Of a stretch of 24,455 nucleotides of DNA, positions 16,528 through 24,455 are shown in pieces. Source of the DNA: a bacterium. Its GTDB lineage: Bacteria; Cyanobacteriota; Vampirovibrionia; Gastranaerophilales; JBAXKC01. A program made the translations under genes and the position numbers. A model generated the notes under the pieces. The model did no database searches. It was not told the origin of the DNA and saw only the letters and a program-made list of their open reading frames with translations. Within the stretch, counting starts at the first letter, position 1, and the number at the start of each line of letters is the position of its first letter. The stretch covers positions 1-24,455 of the forward strand of contig JBAXKC010000036.1 in assembly GCA_037137535.1 (NCBI GenBank), written 5' to 3'.

Positions 16528-16725
16528 GTTTAGTGTAGTATTAAAATTATCTGCTCTATTATATTAAGTTAAAACTAAACTATATTCATCAATCTATAAG
16601 ATATCCTTTTGGATATACTTTTTATAAGGGATATTAAAAATATATCTATATGGCATAGTCCTAAAAGACTAATGGCTATTGTTGAGTAAAGTAATTTGTA
16701 AATATATTAGCCATAATTGTTGTGT

Positions 16726-18000
16726 CTATTTGATTTTAACTTCAGGTATGACGGACATTCCAGGCACTATTGCAAAATTTGAATTGATTTTTTCATCAAA
16801 AACGATTTTTACAGGAACTCTTTGAACTACTTTAACAAAACTGCCTACTGCATTTTCAGGAGGGAAGAGACTTGTTCTTGCTCCGGTACTGGCTTGTATG
16901 CTGTTTACATGTCCTTTAAAAGTTTTATCAGGGTAAGCATCTGTTTTGATGAAAACTTTTTGTCCGACTTTCATTTTGGTTAATTGGGTTTCTTTAAAAT
17001 TTGCTAATACCCATCTGTCTTCAGGTACAATTGACAGCAAAGGTTGACCTATTTGTATATAAGCGCCTTCTTCAATGGATTTACTTGTGATAATACCTGC
17101 TTTAGGGGCATAGATTTTCGTGTAATTGAGGTCTAATTTAGCCTGCCTTGCTGCTGCTTGTAATTGTTTGATTTCTGCAATTGCTGCTCTGCTTTGTGAA
17201 CTGCTCATTGATACCTGTTCATTAAAGGTACTGCTTCCTCTTAATTTTCCTAATGAAAGTTCTAATGATTTATTTGCCGCTTCTTTATTTGCATAAGCTG
17301 ATTGTACCGCTGATGAAGCACCTTCCGCTTTTTTAATAGCGGATGTAAGTTTTGCGTTTTGTGTTTGATAAGAGGTGGTTGCTTTGTCAAAATCTTGTTT
17401 AGATACTACGCCTTTTTTAAAAAGGTTAGAATATCTTGTATAGTTTATATCAGCAAGTTTAAATTCTGCTTTTGCTGATTCAATATCGGCATTTACCTGT
17501 GCTAAATTTGCTTTAGCTTGTAATATTTGCTTGTCAGACATTTTTATTGAGGCTTTTGCTTCACCAACACCTGAGTTTGCCATGTCATAAGCTGATTTTG
17601 ATGTAATTGCTGTGAAATCAACATTAACTCCTGCACTTTTCTGTTTTTCAATCGCTGATTCCAGCTTTGCCTCAGCCTGATCATATTTTGCTTTATAGTC
17701 TCTGTCATCCAGTTCTGCAATTAACTGTCCTTGTTTTACATTTTCATTGTCGTCTACATAAACATGAGTAACTGTTCCTGATGCTTTTGATGCTATTTGA
17801 ATATGATGACCTTCTATGTAAGCATTATCGGTTGATACATAGGTCATTGCGTGATTGTAGTAATTTAAACCAGTTATAATCGCTATTAGTGAAAGTGTAC
17901 CTATTCCAATAATTCGTTTTTTCTTATAAAAAGGCTTTTTTGCTTCTTCTATTTCATCATTAACGGTGTTTAATTCTATTGTTTCGGTCTCTTTAGTCAT
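16726..18000 (-). CDS. emrA: EmrA/HlyD-family membrane fusion (adaptor) protein
   Basis: N-terminal TM, STDNAYIEG, long coiled coil, WVLANFKETQL, SLFPPENAVGSFVKVVQRVPVKI (EmrA signature). Confidence 0.88.
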   Translation of the reverse strand: MTKETETIELNTVNDEIEEAKKPFYKKKRIIGIGTLSLIAIITGLNYYNHAMTYVSTDNAYIEGHHIQIASKASGTVTHVYVDDNENVKQGQLIAELDDRDYKAKYDQAEAKLESAIEKQKSAGVNVDFTAITSKSAYDMANSGVGEAKASIKMSDKQILQAKANLAQVNADIESAKAEFKLADINYTRYSNLFKKGVVSKQDFDKATTSYQTQNAKLTSAIKKAEGASSAVQSAYANKEAANKSLELSLGKLRGSSTFNEQVSMSSSQSRAAIAEIKQLQAAARQAKLDLNYTKIYAPKAGIITSKSIEEGAYIQIGQPLLSIVPEDRWVLANFKETQLTKMKVGQKVFIKTDAYPDKTFKGHVNSIQASTGARTSLFPPENAVGSFVKVVQRVPVKIVFDEKINSNFAIVPGMSVIPEVKIK

Positions 18001-18097
18001 TTTTACCTACCTATAAAAGTTTCTATTTCTATAAAATAATATAAATATACAGGTTTTTTATCCCTTTAAATCCATATTGTATTAATTTGAGCTTAAT

Positions 18098-18126
18098 GTT
18101 ATCATCATAATAGTTATCATAGTAAC
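18098..18126. promoter_or_regulatory. tandem imperfect palindromes (possible MarR/TetR-type operator) between divergent emrA and OMF genes
   Basis: GTTATCATCATAAT (18098-18111) and GTTATCATAGTAAC (18113-18126), both GTTA-N6-TAAY. Confidence 0.4.
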
Positions 18127-18223
18127 ATATTTATTTTGTAAATGAATAGATTAATATATTTTTTATTAAGTTTTTTAAAACATATTCGAAGTTATATCAG
18201 CTGAACCTAGCGAGGAAATTAAA

Positions 18224-19660
18224 ATGAATAGAACAAAAATACTAACTTTAGCATTAGCAGTTAGTTTTTTAACCTCAAGTAATCTTGCATTTAGTAGTGA
18301 AATTAAAGATAAATCTAATATTAAGCAGGTTTCTTCCAAGCAATTAAAAGGTCAAGTTCAAGATTACAGGATTGAATATATTAATGCCCCATGGTGGGAA
18401 AGTTTTAATGATCCTAATTTAAGTGCTTATATTGCTAAGTCAGCTGAAGCAAACCATGATATAAAAATGGCAACATTAAGAGTTTCTGAATCACAGGCTT
18501 TGCTTAGTGAATCATTAGGGAAAGAGTTTCCAATTATCGGAATTGGCTCTGATTATTCATTCCAAAAAACCTCAGGAAGTACTAAATTTGCTTCACTTTC
18601 AGTACCTTCAGTAGTTCAAAATTCATTTACCTTACCTTTAAATGTGAGGTATGAAGTTGATTTATGGCGTAAAAACAGAGATAAGACGATTGGAATGTCT
18701 AAAGAGCTTGAAGCTGTGAGATGTGATGAAAAAGCTGCTTTTATTTCTTTAACTTCAGAGGTTGCAGCGATATATTTTAATGCCGTTAAAACTGATAAAC
18801 TTATAGAACTTCAAAAAAATATTATTGATTTAAGAAAAAATATTGCAGAACTGACAAAAGAAAAGAATAATTTCGGTTTATGTTCTACTTCTGATGTTAT
18901 TTTAGCGGATAAGGCTTTAACAGAAGCTCAATCAAAATTAAATGATCTTGAAAAATATCAAAGTCTATTTTTAAATCAGCTTGCTGTTTTAACAGGTCAA
19001 AGTGTTGATAACTCTTTGTTTTTGAAGAGAACTTCTTTTGATGAGATAAAGGGACTTCAGAATCTTCCATTAAATCTTAGTTCTGATGTTATTTTAAAAA
19101 GACCTGATATATTAAAAGCAGAAGCTGAACTTCAAAAGGCTAAAATTGACGTAAGCCTTGCCAGAAAGGATTTTCTTCCTGATATTTCACTTTCAGGGCA
19201 ATTTGGCTTTAATTCAAATACCTTCTCTAAAGTTCTAAATTGGGATAGTTATGTAGCATCAATAGGTGTTGGAGTTGCAGAAACAATCTTTTCTGGCGGA
19301 CAAAGAAGAGCAAGATTAAAAGCTAAAAAATTCCACTATGAACAATTATTTGAGAATTATCAGAAAACAATACTTACATCTTTTCAAGAGGTAAATGATA
19401 GTCTGGTTGCTTTAAAAACGGACGGACAAAAAGATAAAGATAATCTTAACAGGCTTAGACTGGAAAAGGAAAATCTTGATCTGATAGATGCAAAATATAA
19501 GGAAGGCTTAATTTCTTATCTTGATACACTTGAATATAAAGAAAAATATGCAATGCTCGAGCAAGAACAGATTCAAAGTAAAGTTGATAATATTATTGAC
19601 TCTTTAAGTTTGTATAAAGCAGCAGGTGGTAAAATTACAGAAACAGTTTCGGCGAATTAA
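18224..19660 (+). CDS. outer-membrane efflux factor, NodT/OprM-like
   Basis: Signal peptide, WWESFNDPNL, YEVDLW, RPDILKAE, FLPDISL, LYKAAGG motifs. Confidence 0.9.
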   Translation: MNRTKILTLALAVSFLTSSNLAFSSEIKDKSNIKQVSSKQLKGQVQDYRIEYINAPWWESFNDPNLSAYIAKSAEANHDIKMATLRVSESQALLSESLGKEFPIIGIGSDYSFQKTSGSTKFASLSVPSVVQNSFTLPLNVRYEVDLWRKNRDKTIGMSKELEAVRCDEKAAFISLTSEVAAIYFNAVKTDKLIELQKNIIDLRKNIAELTKEKNNFGLCSTSDVILADKALTEAQSKLNDLEKYQSLFLNQLAVLTGQSVDNSLFLKRTSFDEIKGLQNLPLNLSSDVILKRPDILKAEAELQKAKIDVSLARKDFLPDISLSGQFGFNSNTFSKVLNWDSYVASIGVGVAETIFSGGQRRARLKAKKFHYEQLFENYQKTILTSFQEVNDSLVALKTDGQKDKDNLNRLRLEKENLDLIDAKYKEGLISYLDTLEYKEKYAMLEQEQIQSKVDNIIDSLSLYKAAGGKITETVSAN

Positions 19661-19730
19661 ATTAAATTTAGTTCTAAATTCCATTAAAAATAGGAAATTA
19701 GTCAGAAAAATCACATAATTTTTTTGATAT

Positions 19731-19739
19731 TGCTATACT
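19731..19739 (+). promoter_or_regulatory. extended -10 promoter of the tolC-macA-ABC operon
   Basis: TGcTATACT about 30 nt upstream of the start; AGGAG at 19753-19757. Confidence 0.45.
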
Positions 19740-19770
19740 ACTGATAGTGGGTAGGAGTTAGTGGTTTAAT

Positions 19771-21201
19771 ATGAGAAATAAAATTAATCAAAAAAAGTTT
19801 GCTATTGCATTATTAATTTATGCATTAGCAGGTTTGTCGTCAATTAAAGTTTTTGCTAATGATTTATTGATAAATAAAGGTGAAACTTTAACATTAGAAC
19901 GTTGTATCAATATCGCCATAAGTAAAAATCCTAATATTAATCTTGGCAACAATCTTACTAAGATAAATCAAAGTAAAATTGGACAGGCAAAGTCTTTCTA
20001 TATGCCGCAGGTTAATCTTTCTACGGGATATAGCAGAGAAAACCCTATTACTAATTCTGTAATTGATAAAACTACAAATCAATATTCGGGAAGTATTGGA
20101 GTAAATCAGCTTATTTATGACTTTGGCAAAACTCCGACAAAAATAAAAATTGAAAAACTTAACTTGAACGCATCAAGATCTGATGTTCAAAATACGATAG
20201 TTGATGTGTCTTATAATGTAAAACAGGCTTATTATCAAGCTTTATCTGCAAAATTAAACTCTGATATAGCTGATAAATCTATAAAACAGTATGAAAATCA
20301 TTTAAAACAGTCAAAAGCATTTTTTCAAGCTGGAGTTAAACCTAAAATTGATGTAATAAATGCAGAAGTTAATTTGGGTAATGCAAAGTTAAATTATATT
20401 AAAGCAAATAACGGTTATCAACTAGCTATTGCAAGTTTAAATCAAGCTATGGGCTTTTATGATGCTCCTGAATATAATATCGCAGATGCTGTAAATTATA
20501 ATAATAATGCTGTTGACGAGTTATCTATATCCAATAAAGATAATAAAAAAAACAACGGGAATACTGTTAATAAACCTGTTATAACTTCTAAAATCGTAAA
20601 AAATGACATAATTGAGAAACTTAATTTTGATAAATATGATATAAGTTTAGATCTTGCAATAAAAAAGGCTTTTGATAATAGGCCCGACTTAAAGTCTTTG
20701 TTATTAAAAGAAAAAGCTTCTGATACTTCTGTAAAGCTTGCGAAAAAAGATTATTATCCTACTTTATCAGGTTTTGCAAATTATGGAGCAGGCGGAAATA
20801 AATTCCCCGTTGATAATGGTTGGGCATTAGGTGCAAATATTAATGTTCCTGTTTTTAACGGATTTTTGACTAAAAATAAAATTAATGAAGCTAAGGCAAA
20901 TTTAGATGTTGCAAAGTCTGAAGTGGAAATTTTAAAGCAAAATATTTATTATGAAGTTCAGCAGGCTTATATTAATTTAACGCAAGCGGAAAAAAGAATA
21001 CCTGTTTCTAATCTAATTGTTAAACAGGCAAAAGAAAACTTAGAATTGGCAAATGGACGATATACAGCAGGTGTTGGGGATTTTGTCGAGCTTCAGGATG
21101 CTGAAGTTAATTTTAACAATGCTCAATTATCTTATGTTCAGTCTTTATATGATTATAATACAGCTCGCAGCAATCTCGAAAAAGCGATGGGGGTAAAATG
21201 A
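19771..21201 (+). CDS. tolC: TolC-family outer-membrane protein
   Basis: Signal peptide, two OEP repeats (QLIYDFGK, RPDLK, YYPTLS, VPVFNG, RYTAGVG, LEKAMG). Confidence 0.88.
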   Translation: MRNKINQKKFAIALLIYALAGLSSIKVFANDLLINKGETLTLERCINIAISKNPNINLGNNLTKINQSKIGQAKSFYMPQVNLSTGYSRENPITNSVIDKTTNQYSGSIGVNQLIYDFGKTPTKIKIEKLNLNASRSDVQNTIVDVSYNVKQAYYQALSAKLNSDIADKSIKQYENHLKQSKAFFQAGVKPKIDVINAEVNLGNAKLNYIKANNGYQLAIASLNQAMGFYDAPEYNIADAVNYNNNAVDELSISNKDNKKNNGNTVNKPVITSKIVKNDIIEKLNFDKYDISLDLAIKKAFDNRPDLKSLLLKEKASDTSVKLAKKDYYPTLSGFANYGAGGNKFPVDNGWALGANINVPVFNGFLTKNKINEAKANLDVAKSEVEILKQNIYYEVQQAYINLTQAEKRIPVSNLIVKQAKENLELANGRYTAGVGDFVELQDAEVNFNNAQLSYVQSLYDYNTARSNLEKAMGVK

Positions 21202-22358
21202 AAAAAATAATAATTGGCGTAGTGCTAATTTTAGGAGCTTTGGCTACGTTTTTTATATTAACCAATAGCGATAAAGGTCCAAAATTCAAAACAGAAAGTA
21301 TAATTAAAGGTGATATAGTCGAAACTGTTACCGCATCAGGGACTGTTAATCCTGTAATAAGTACCAGCGTAGGCACTCAGACATCAGGTGTAATTAAAAG
21401 TATTTATGTGGATTTTAATTCTCCTGTCAGAAAAGGGCAACTTTTAGCTCAAATAGATCCTGCTATTGTTGAAACGCAAGTAGAACAAAGTAGGGCTAAT
21501 CTATATAACGCTCAAGCTAATCTTCAAAAAGCTCAAAGTATTATGGTTAATGACCAAAAAACTTATAACAGAAATAAATCTTTATATGAAAAGAATTTTA
21601 TTGCAAAAAGCGATGTTGATTTAGCTGAATCTAACTATAAAGCAAATAAAGCACTTGTCGCTTCATCACAGGCTCAAATAAGTCAGGCAAATGCAGCACT
21701 TAAAATTAATCAGACTTTACTAAAATATACTAAAATTGTTTCACCTGTAAACGGTATAGTTGTTTCAAGAAATATTGAAGTTGGGCAGACTGTTGCGGCT
21801 AGTTTTCAGACTCCTACATTATTTCTTGTAGCGCAAGATTTGACTAAAATGCAGATTGATACAAACGTTGCAGAGTCTGATATTGGAAAAGTCAAAGTTG
21901 GTCAAGAGGTTGAATATACTTTAGACGGTTATTCCGATACAACTTTCAAAGGTAAGGTTAAGCAAATTAGAATTGCACCGATAACAATTCAAAATGTTGT
22001 TACCTATGACGTAGTTATAAATGCCGATAATAAGGATTTTAAGCTTAAACCGGGTATGACGGCTAATGTCTCAATCATTACAGATAAAAAGAAAAATATG
22101 CTTTTAGTTCCTAATTCAAGTTTAAGATTTACCCCTATTAATGATGATGATGCTCCAAAGTTTAAAGAGCAAGGGATTTGGATATTAAATGGTAAAAAGC
22201 CAAAAAGAATAGCCGTCAAAACAGGCATTAGCGATGGAGAAAATACTGAAATAATTTCTAATAAAGTTAAAGAAGGTCAAAAAGTAATAGTAGGAACTAT
22301 TGAGAAGTCTAAAGGTCACAAAAAAGGCGGCGGAGCTCCTAACATGAGGATGCTGTAA
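21198..22358 (+). CDS. macA: MacA-like periplasmic adaptor
   Basis: N-terminal TM, VTASGTVNP, VGTQTSG, GQTVAASFQTPTLF, LKPGMTANV; ATGA overlap with tolC. Confidence 0.88.
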   Translation: MKKIIIGVVLILGALATFFILTNSDKGPKFKTESIIKGDIVETVTASGTVNPVISTSVGTQTSGVIKSIYVDFNSPVRKGQLLAQIDPAIVETQVEQSRANLYNAQANLQKAQSIMVNDQKTYNRNKSLYEKNFIAKSDVDLAESNYKANKALVASSQAQISQANAALKINQTLLKYTKIVSPVNGIVVSRNIEVGQTVAASFQTPTLFLVAQDLTKMQIDTNVAESDIGKVKVGQEVEYTLDGYSDTTFKGKVKQIRIAPITIQNVVTYDVVINADNKDFKLKPGMTANVSIITDKKKNMLLVPNSSLRFTPINDDDAPKFKEQGIWILNGKKPKRIAVKTGISDGENTEIISNKVKEGQKVIVGTIEKSKGHKKGGGAPNMRML

Positions 22359-22360
22359 AA

Positions 22361-23053
22361 ATGGCTCTTATCGAAATATCTGATATTCAGAAAGTTTATA
22401 AAATGGGAGATACCTGTTTTAAGGCTCTTGATGGCGTATCTTTATCTGTGGAATCGGGTGAGTTTATCTCAATTATGGGAACATCGGGTTCAGGAAAATC
22501 CACATTTATGAATATTTTAGGCTGTTTAGATAAGCCAACCAAAGGCAATTATTCTTTAGACGGCATTGATGTAACTCGTTTGAGCAGAGATGAACTTGCT
22601 GATATTAGAAATCAGAAGATTGGTTTTGTTTTTCAAGGTTTTAATCTTATATCAAGAACTTCTGCCGTTGAAAATGTGGAACTTCCTATGATATATAAAG
22701 GAATTCCTCTAAAAGAGCGGATAGAAAAGACAAACGAAGCTCTTAAGCTTGTCGGATTAGAAAATAGAGGACATCATACCCCAAATCAACTTTCAGGCGG
22801 ACAGCAACAAAGAGTGGCTATTGCAAGGGCAATTGTTAATGATGCCCCGATTGTACTTGCCGATGAACCGACAGGAAACCTTGATACAAAAACCAGCCAA
22901 GAAGTTATGGAACTTTTCGTTAAGCTCAATGAGGAAAATAAGAAAACAATTATTCTTGTAACTCATGAACCTGACATAGCTGAATATAGTAAGCGAATTA
23001 TACGGTTTAAAGATGGAAACCTTATAAGTGATGAGGTAAATAAAGCAAAATGA
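22361..23053 (+). CDS. MacB/LolD-like ABC ATP-binding subunit
   Basis: GTSGSGKST, IGFVFQ, LSGGQQQRVAIARA, LADEPTGNLD, VTHE. Confidence 0.95.
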   Translation: MALIEISDIQKVYKMGDTCFKALDGVSLSVESGEFISIMGTSGSGKSTFMNILGCLDKPTKGNYSLDGIDVTRLSRDELADIRNQKIGFVFQGFNLISRTSAVENVELPMIYKGIPLKERIEKTNEALKLVGLENRGHHTPNQLSGGQQQRVAIARAIVNDAPIVLADEPTGNLDTKTSQEVMELFVKLNEENKKTIILVTHEPDIAEYSKRIIRFKDGNLISDEVNKAK

Positions 23054-24279
23054 TTGATATTTTTTCAATATTAAAAATAGCGTTTAGAGCATTGAAAGTT
23101 AATAAAATGCGTTCTGCTTTAACAAGCCTTGGAATGATTATCGGAGTCGCTGCAGTTATTATTATGCTGGCAATTGGTTCGGGGGCAAGCAAACAGATAT
23201 CAGATCAAATTTCAAGCATGGGAAGTAATCTTCTTATGGTTATGTCAGGCTCTACTTCATCGGGCGGTATAAGAATGGGTTCAGGTACTCAACCGACTTT
23301 AACGGTTAAAGATGCTGCAGCCATAAAAAAAGAATCACCTTCAGTTCTGGATGTAGCCCCATTATTGGCAGGAGTTGGACAGGTTATATATAATAATCAG
23401 AACTGGTCTACGCAAATAACAGGCTCAACACCTAATATGCTTGATATTAGAAATTGGGAATTGTCTTCGGGACGAATTTTTTCAGATGAGGACGTAAAAA
23501 ATGCTACAAAAGTATGTTTATTAGGACAGACTGTAATTAGAAACCTTTTTGGTGATGTTGATCCCGAAGGTAAAGTTATAAGAATAAAAGGTGTGCCTTT
23601 TACCATTATAGGTACTTTGCAGAGCAAAGGACAATCCGCTATGGGGCAGGATCAAGATGATGCAATAATTATTCCGCTTACCACAGCGCAGAAAAAACTT
23701 TTTGGTTCACAATTTCCCGGCATGGTAAGAGTAATAATGGTCAAGGCTAAAGACGAAGAGGCTTTATATACTGCTGAAGATGAAATTAATCAAATTCTTA
23801 AAGAAAGGCATCATATTGGATTGAAACAGGAAAGTGATTTTAGCGTAAGAAATCTCACGCAGACAATGGAAATGGCAAAACAGTCTTCTGATGTAATGGC
23901 ATTTCTTTTAGGGGCAATTGCCTCTGTTTCATTGCTTGTTGGTGGTATTGGCATTATGAATATCATGCTTGTTTCTGTAACTGAAAGAACAAAAGAAATC
24001 GGTATAAGAATGTCTATTGGCGCTAAGACATGGGATATAAGGCTTCAGTTCTTAATCGAAGCCTTGATTTTATCGATGTTTGGAGGTGCTGTGGGTATTG
24101 TACTGGGTATTATAGGAGCAAATGTGCTATCTTCTTTTGCAGGCTGGCCAACAATGATTTCCGCTGGTTCAATAATTATTTCTTTCGGCTTTTCTGCATT
24201 AGTCGGCATGTTTTTCGGATTTTATCCTGCTTATAAGGCTTCTTTGCTTAATCCTATTGATGCGCTCAGGTATGAGTAA
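23050..24279 (+). CDS. MacB-type ABC permease (MacB_PCD + FtsX)
   Basis: RSALTSLGMIIGVAAV, GGIGIMNIMLVSVTERTKEIGIRMSIGA, YPAYKASLLNPIDALRYE; ATGA overlap with the ATPase gene. Confidence 0.95.
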   Translation: MIDIFSILKIAFRALKVNKMRSALTSLGMIIGVAAVIIMLAIGSGASKQISDQISSMGSNLLMVMSGSTSSGGIRMGSGTQPTLTVKDAAAIKKESPSVLDVAPLLAGVGQVIYNNQNWSTQITGSTPNMLDIRNWELSSGRIFSDEDVKNATKVCLLGQTVIRNLFGDVDPEGKVIRIKGVPFTIIGTLQSKGQSAMGQDQDDAIIIPLTTAQKKLFGSQFPGMVRVIMVKAKDEEALYTAEDEINQILKERHHIGLKQESDFSVRNLTQTMEMAKQSSDVMAFLLGAIASVSLLVGGIGIMNIMLVSVTERTKEIGIRMSIGAKTWDIRLQFLIEALILSMFGGAVGIVLGIIGANVLSSFAGWPTMISAGSIIISFGFSALVGMFFGFYPAYKASLLNPIDALRYE

Positions 24280-24334
24280 GGGACAATTTTTAAGGTGAAT
24301 TAGCAAATAATAAGCTGGATTGGTATAAATAGCG

Positions 24335-24360
24335 AAAAAGACTCATTAGAGTCTTTTTTT
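24335..24360 (+). terminator. intrinsic, probably bidirectional, terminator of the mac operon
   Basis: AAAAAGACTC-atta-GAGTCTTTTTTT. Confidence 0.8.
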
Positions 24361-24400
24361 GTTTAAATATTTCTAATTCCCCTCAAATATAAGAAACCAA

Positions 24401-24455
24401 AACTCCCGAATGTCTGATAGCGCATTGTTTAATTTGTCCCACTAACTCCCGAATG
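24401..24455. repeat. 12-bp direct repeat AACTCCCGAATG x2; second copy reaches the window edge
   Basis: Copies at 24401-24412 and 24444-24455 (period 43). Confidence 0.65.

Noticed and set aside
19665-19680. Palindrome AATTTAG-tt-CTAAATT after the first OMF gene
   Set aside because: It is almost entirely A/T with no U-tract, so it is plausible by chance at this base composition.
384-24236. Short nested or antisense ORFs in the track (e.g. 384..569, 2325..2543, 4789..5016, 5414..5602, 6316..6549, 7367..7573, 7907..8128, 10676..10963, 22793..23068, 24030..24236)
   Set aside because: They lie within or opposite well-conserved genes, have no motifs, and are the expected shadow ORFs.
19771-24279. 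TolC-MacA-split MacB operon as a novel system
   Set aside because: Split MacB exporters with an adaptor and TolC are common. Only an Asn-rich loop insert in TolC is mildly unusual.
24401-24455. CRISPR array call
   Set aside because: Only two 12-bp copies are visible and there are no cas genes; kept only as a low-interest repeat.

Overview
Low-GC (~30% by eye) bacterial chromosomal window; no rRNA, tRNA, transposase or CRISPR array is recognisable. The left half is a minus-strand operon: a DegU-like NarL/LuxR response regulator, a cytoplasmic histidine kinase, then the flagellar basal-body/export genes flgB-flgC-fliE-fliF-fliG-fliH-fliI, ending without fliJ. Next to it are a small Cys-rich gene, a structured non-coding gap and a metallophosphoesterase. 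The middle holds an NRAMP (mntH-like) transporter, two orphan proteins, a compact RTX/haemolysin-type Ca-binding protein and a GT4 glycosyltransferase. The right half is an efflux cluster: an EmrA-like adaptor with no emrB, two outer-membrane factors, and MacA with a split MacB ABC exporter. Firmicutes-like flagellar gene order, TolC-type (diderm) channels and N-terminal 'SFKG/NFG' leaders suggest, by inference, a Melainabacteria/Gastranaerophilales-type organism. The best leads are: the non-canonical two-component pair heading the flagellar operon with arrays of 7-2-7 palindromes; a second such array upstream of a candidate sRNA; enlarged FliE/FlgB/FlgC; orphan proteins with a possible shared FxG export leader; and a candidate ~220-nt structured RNA.
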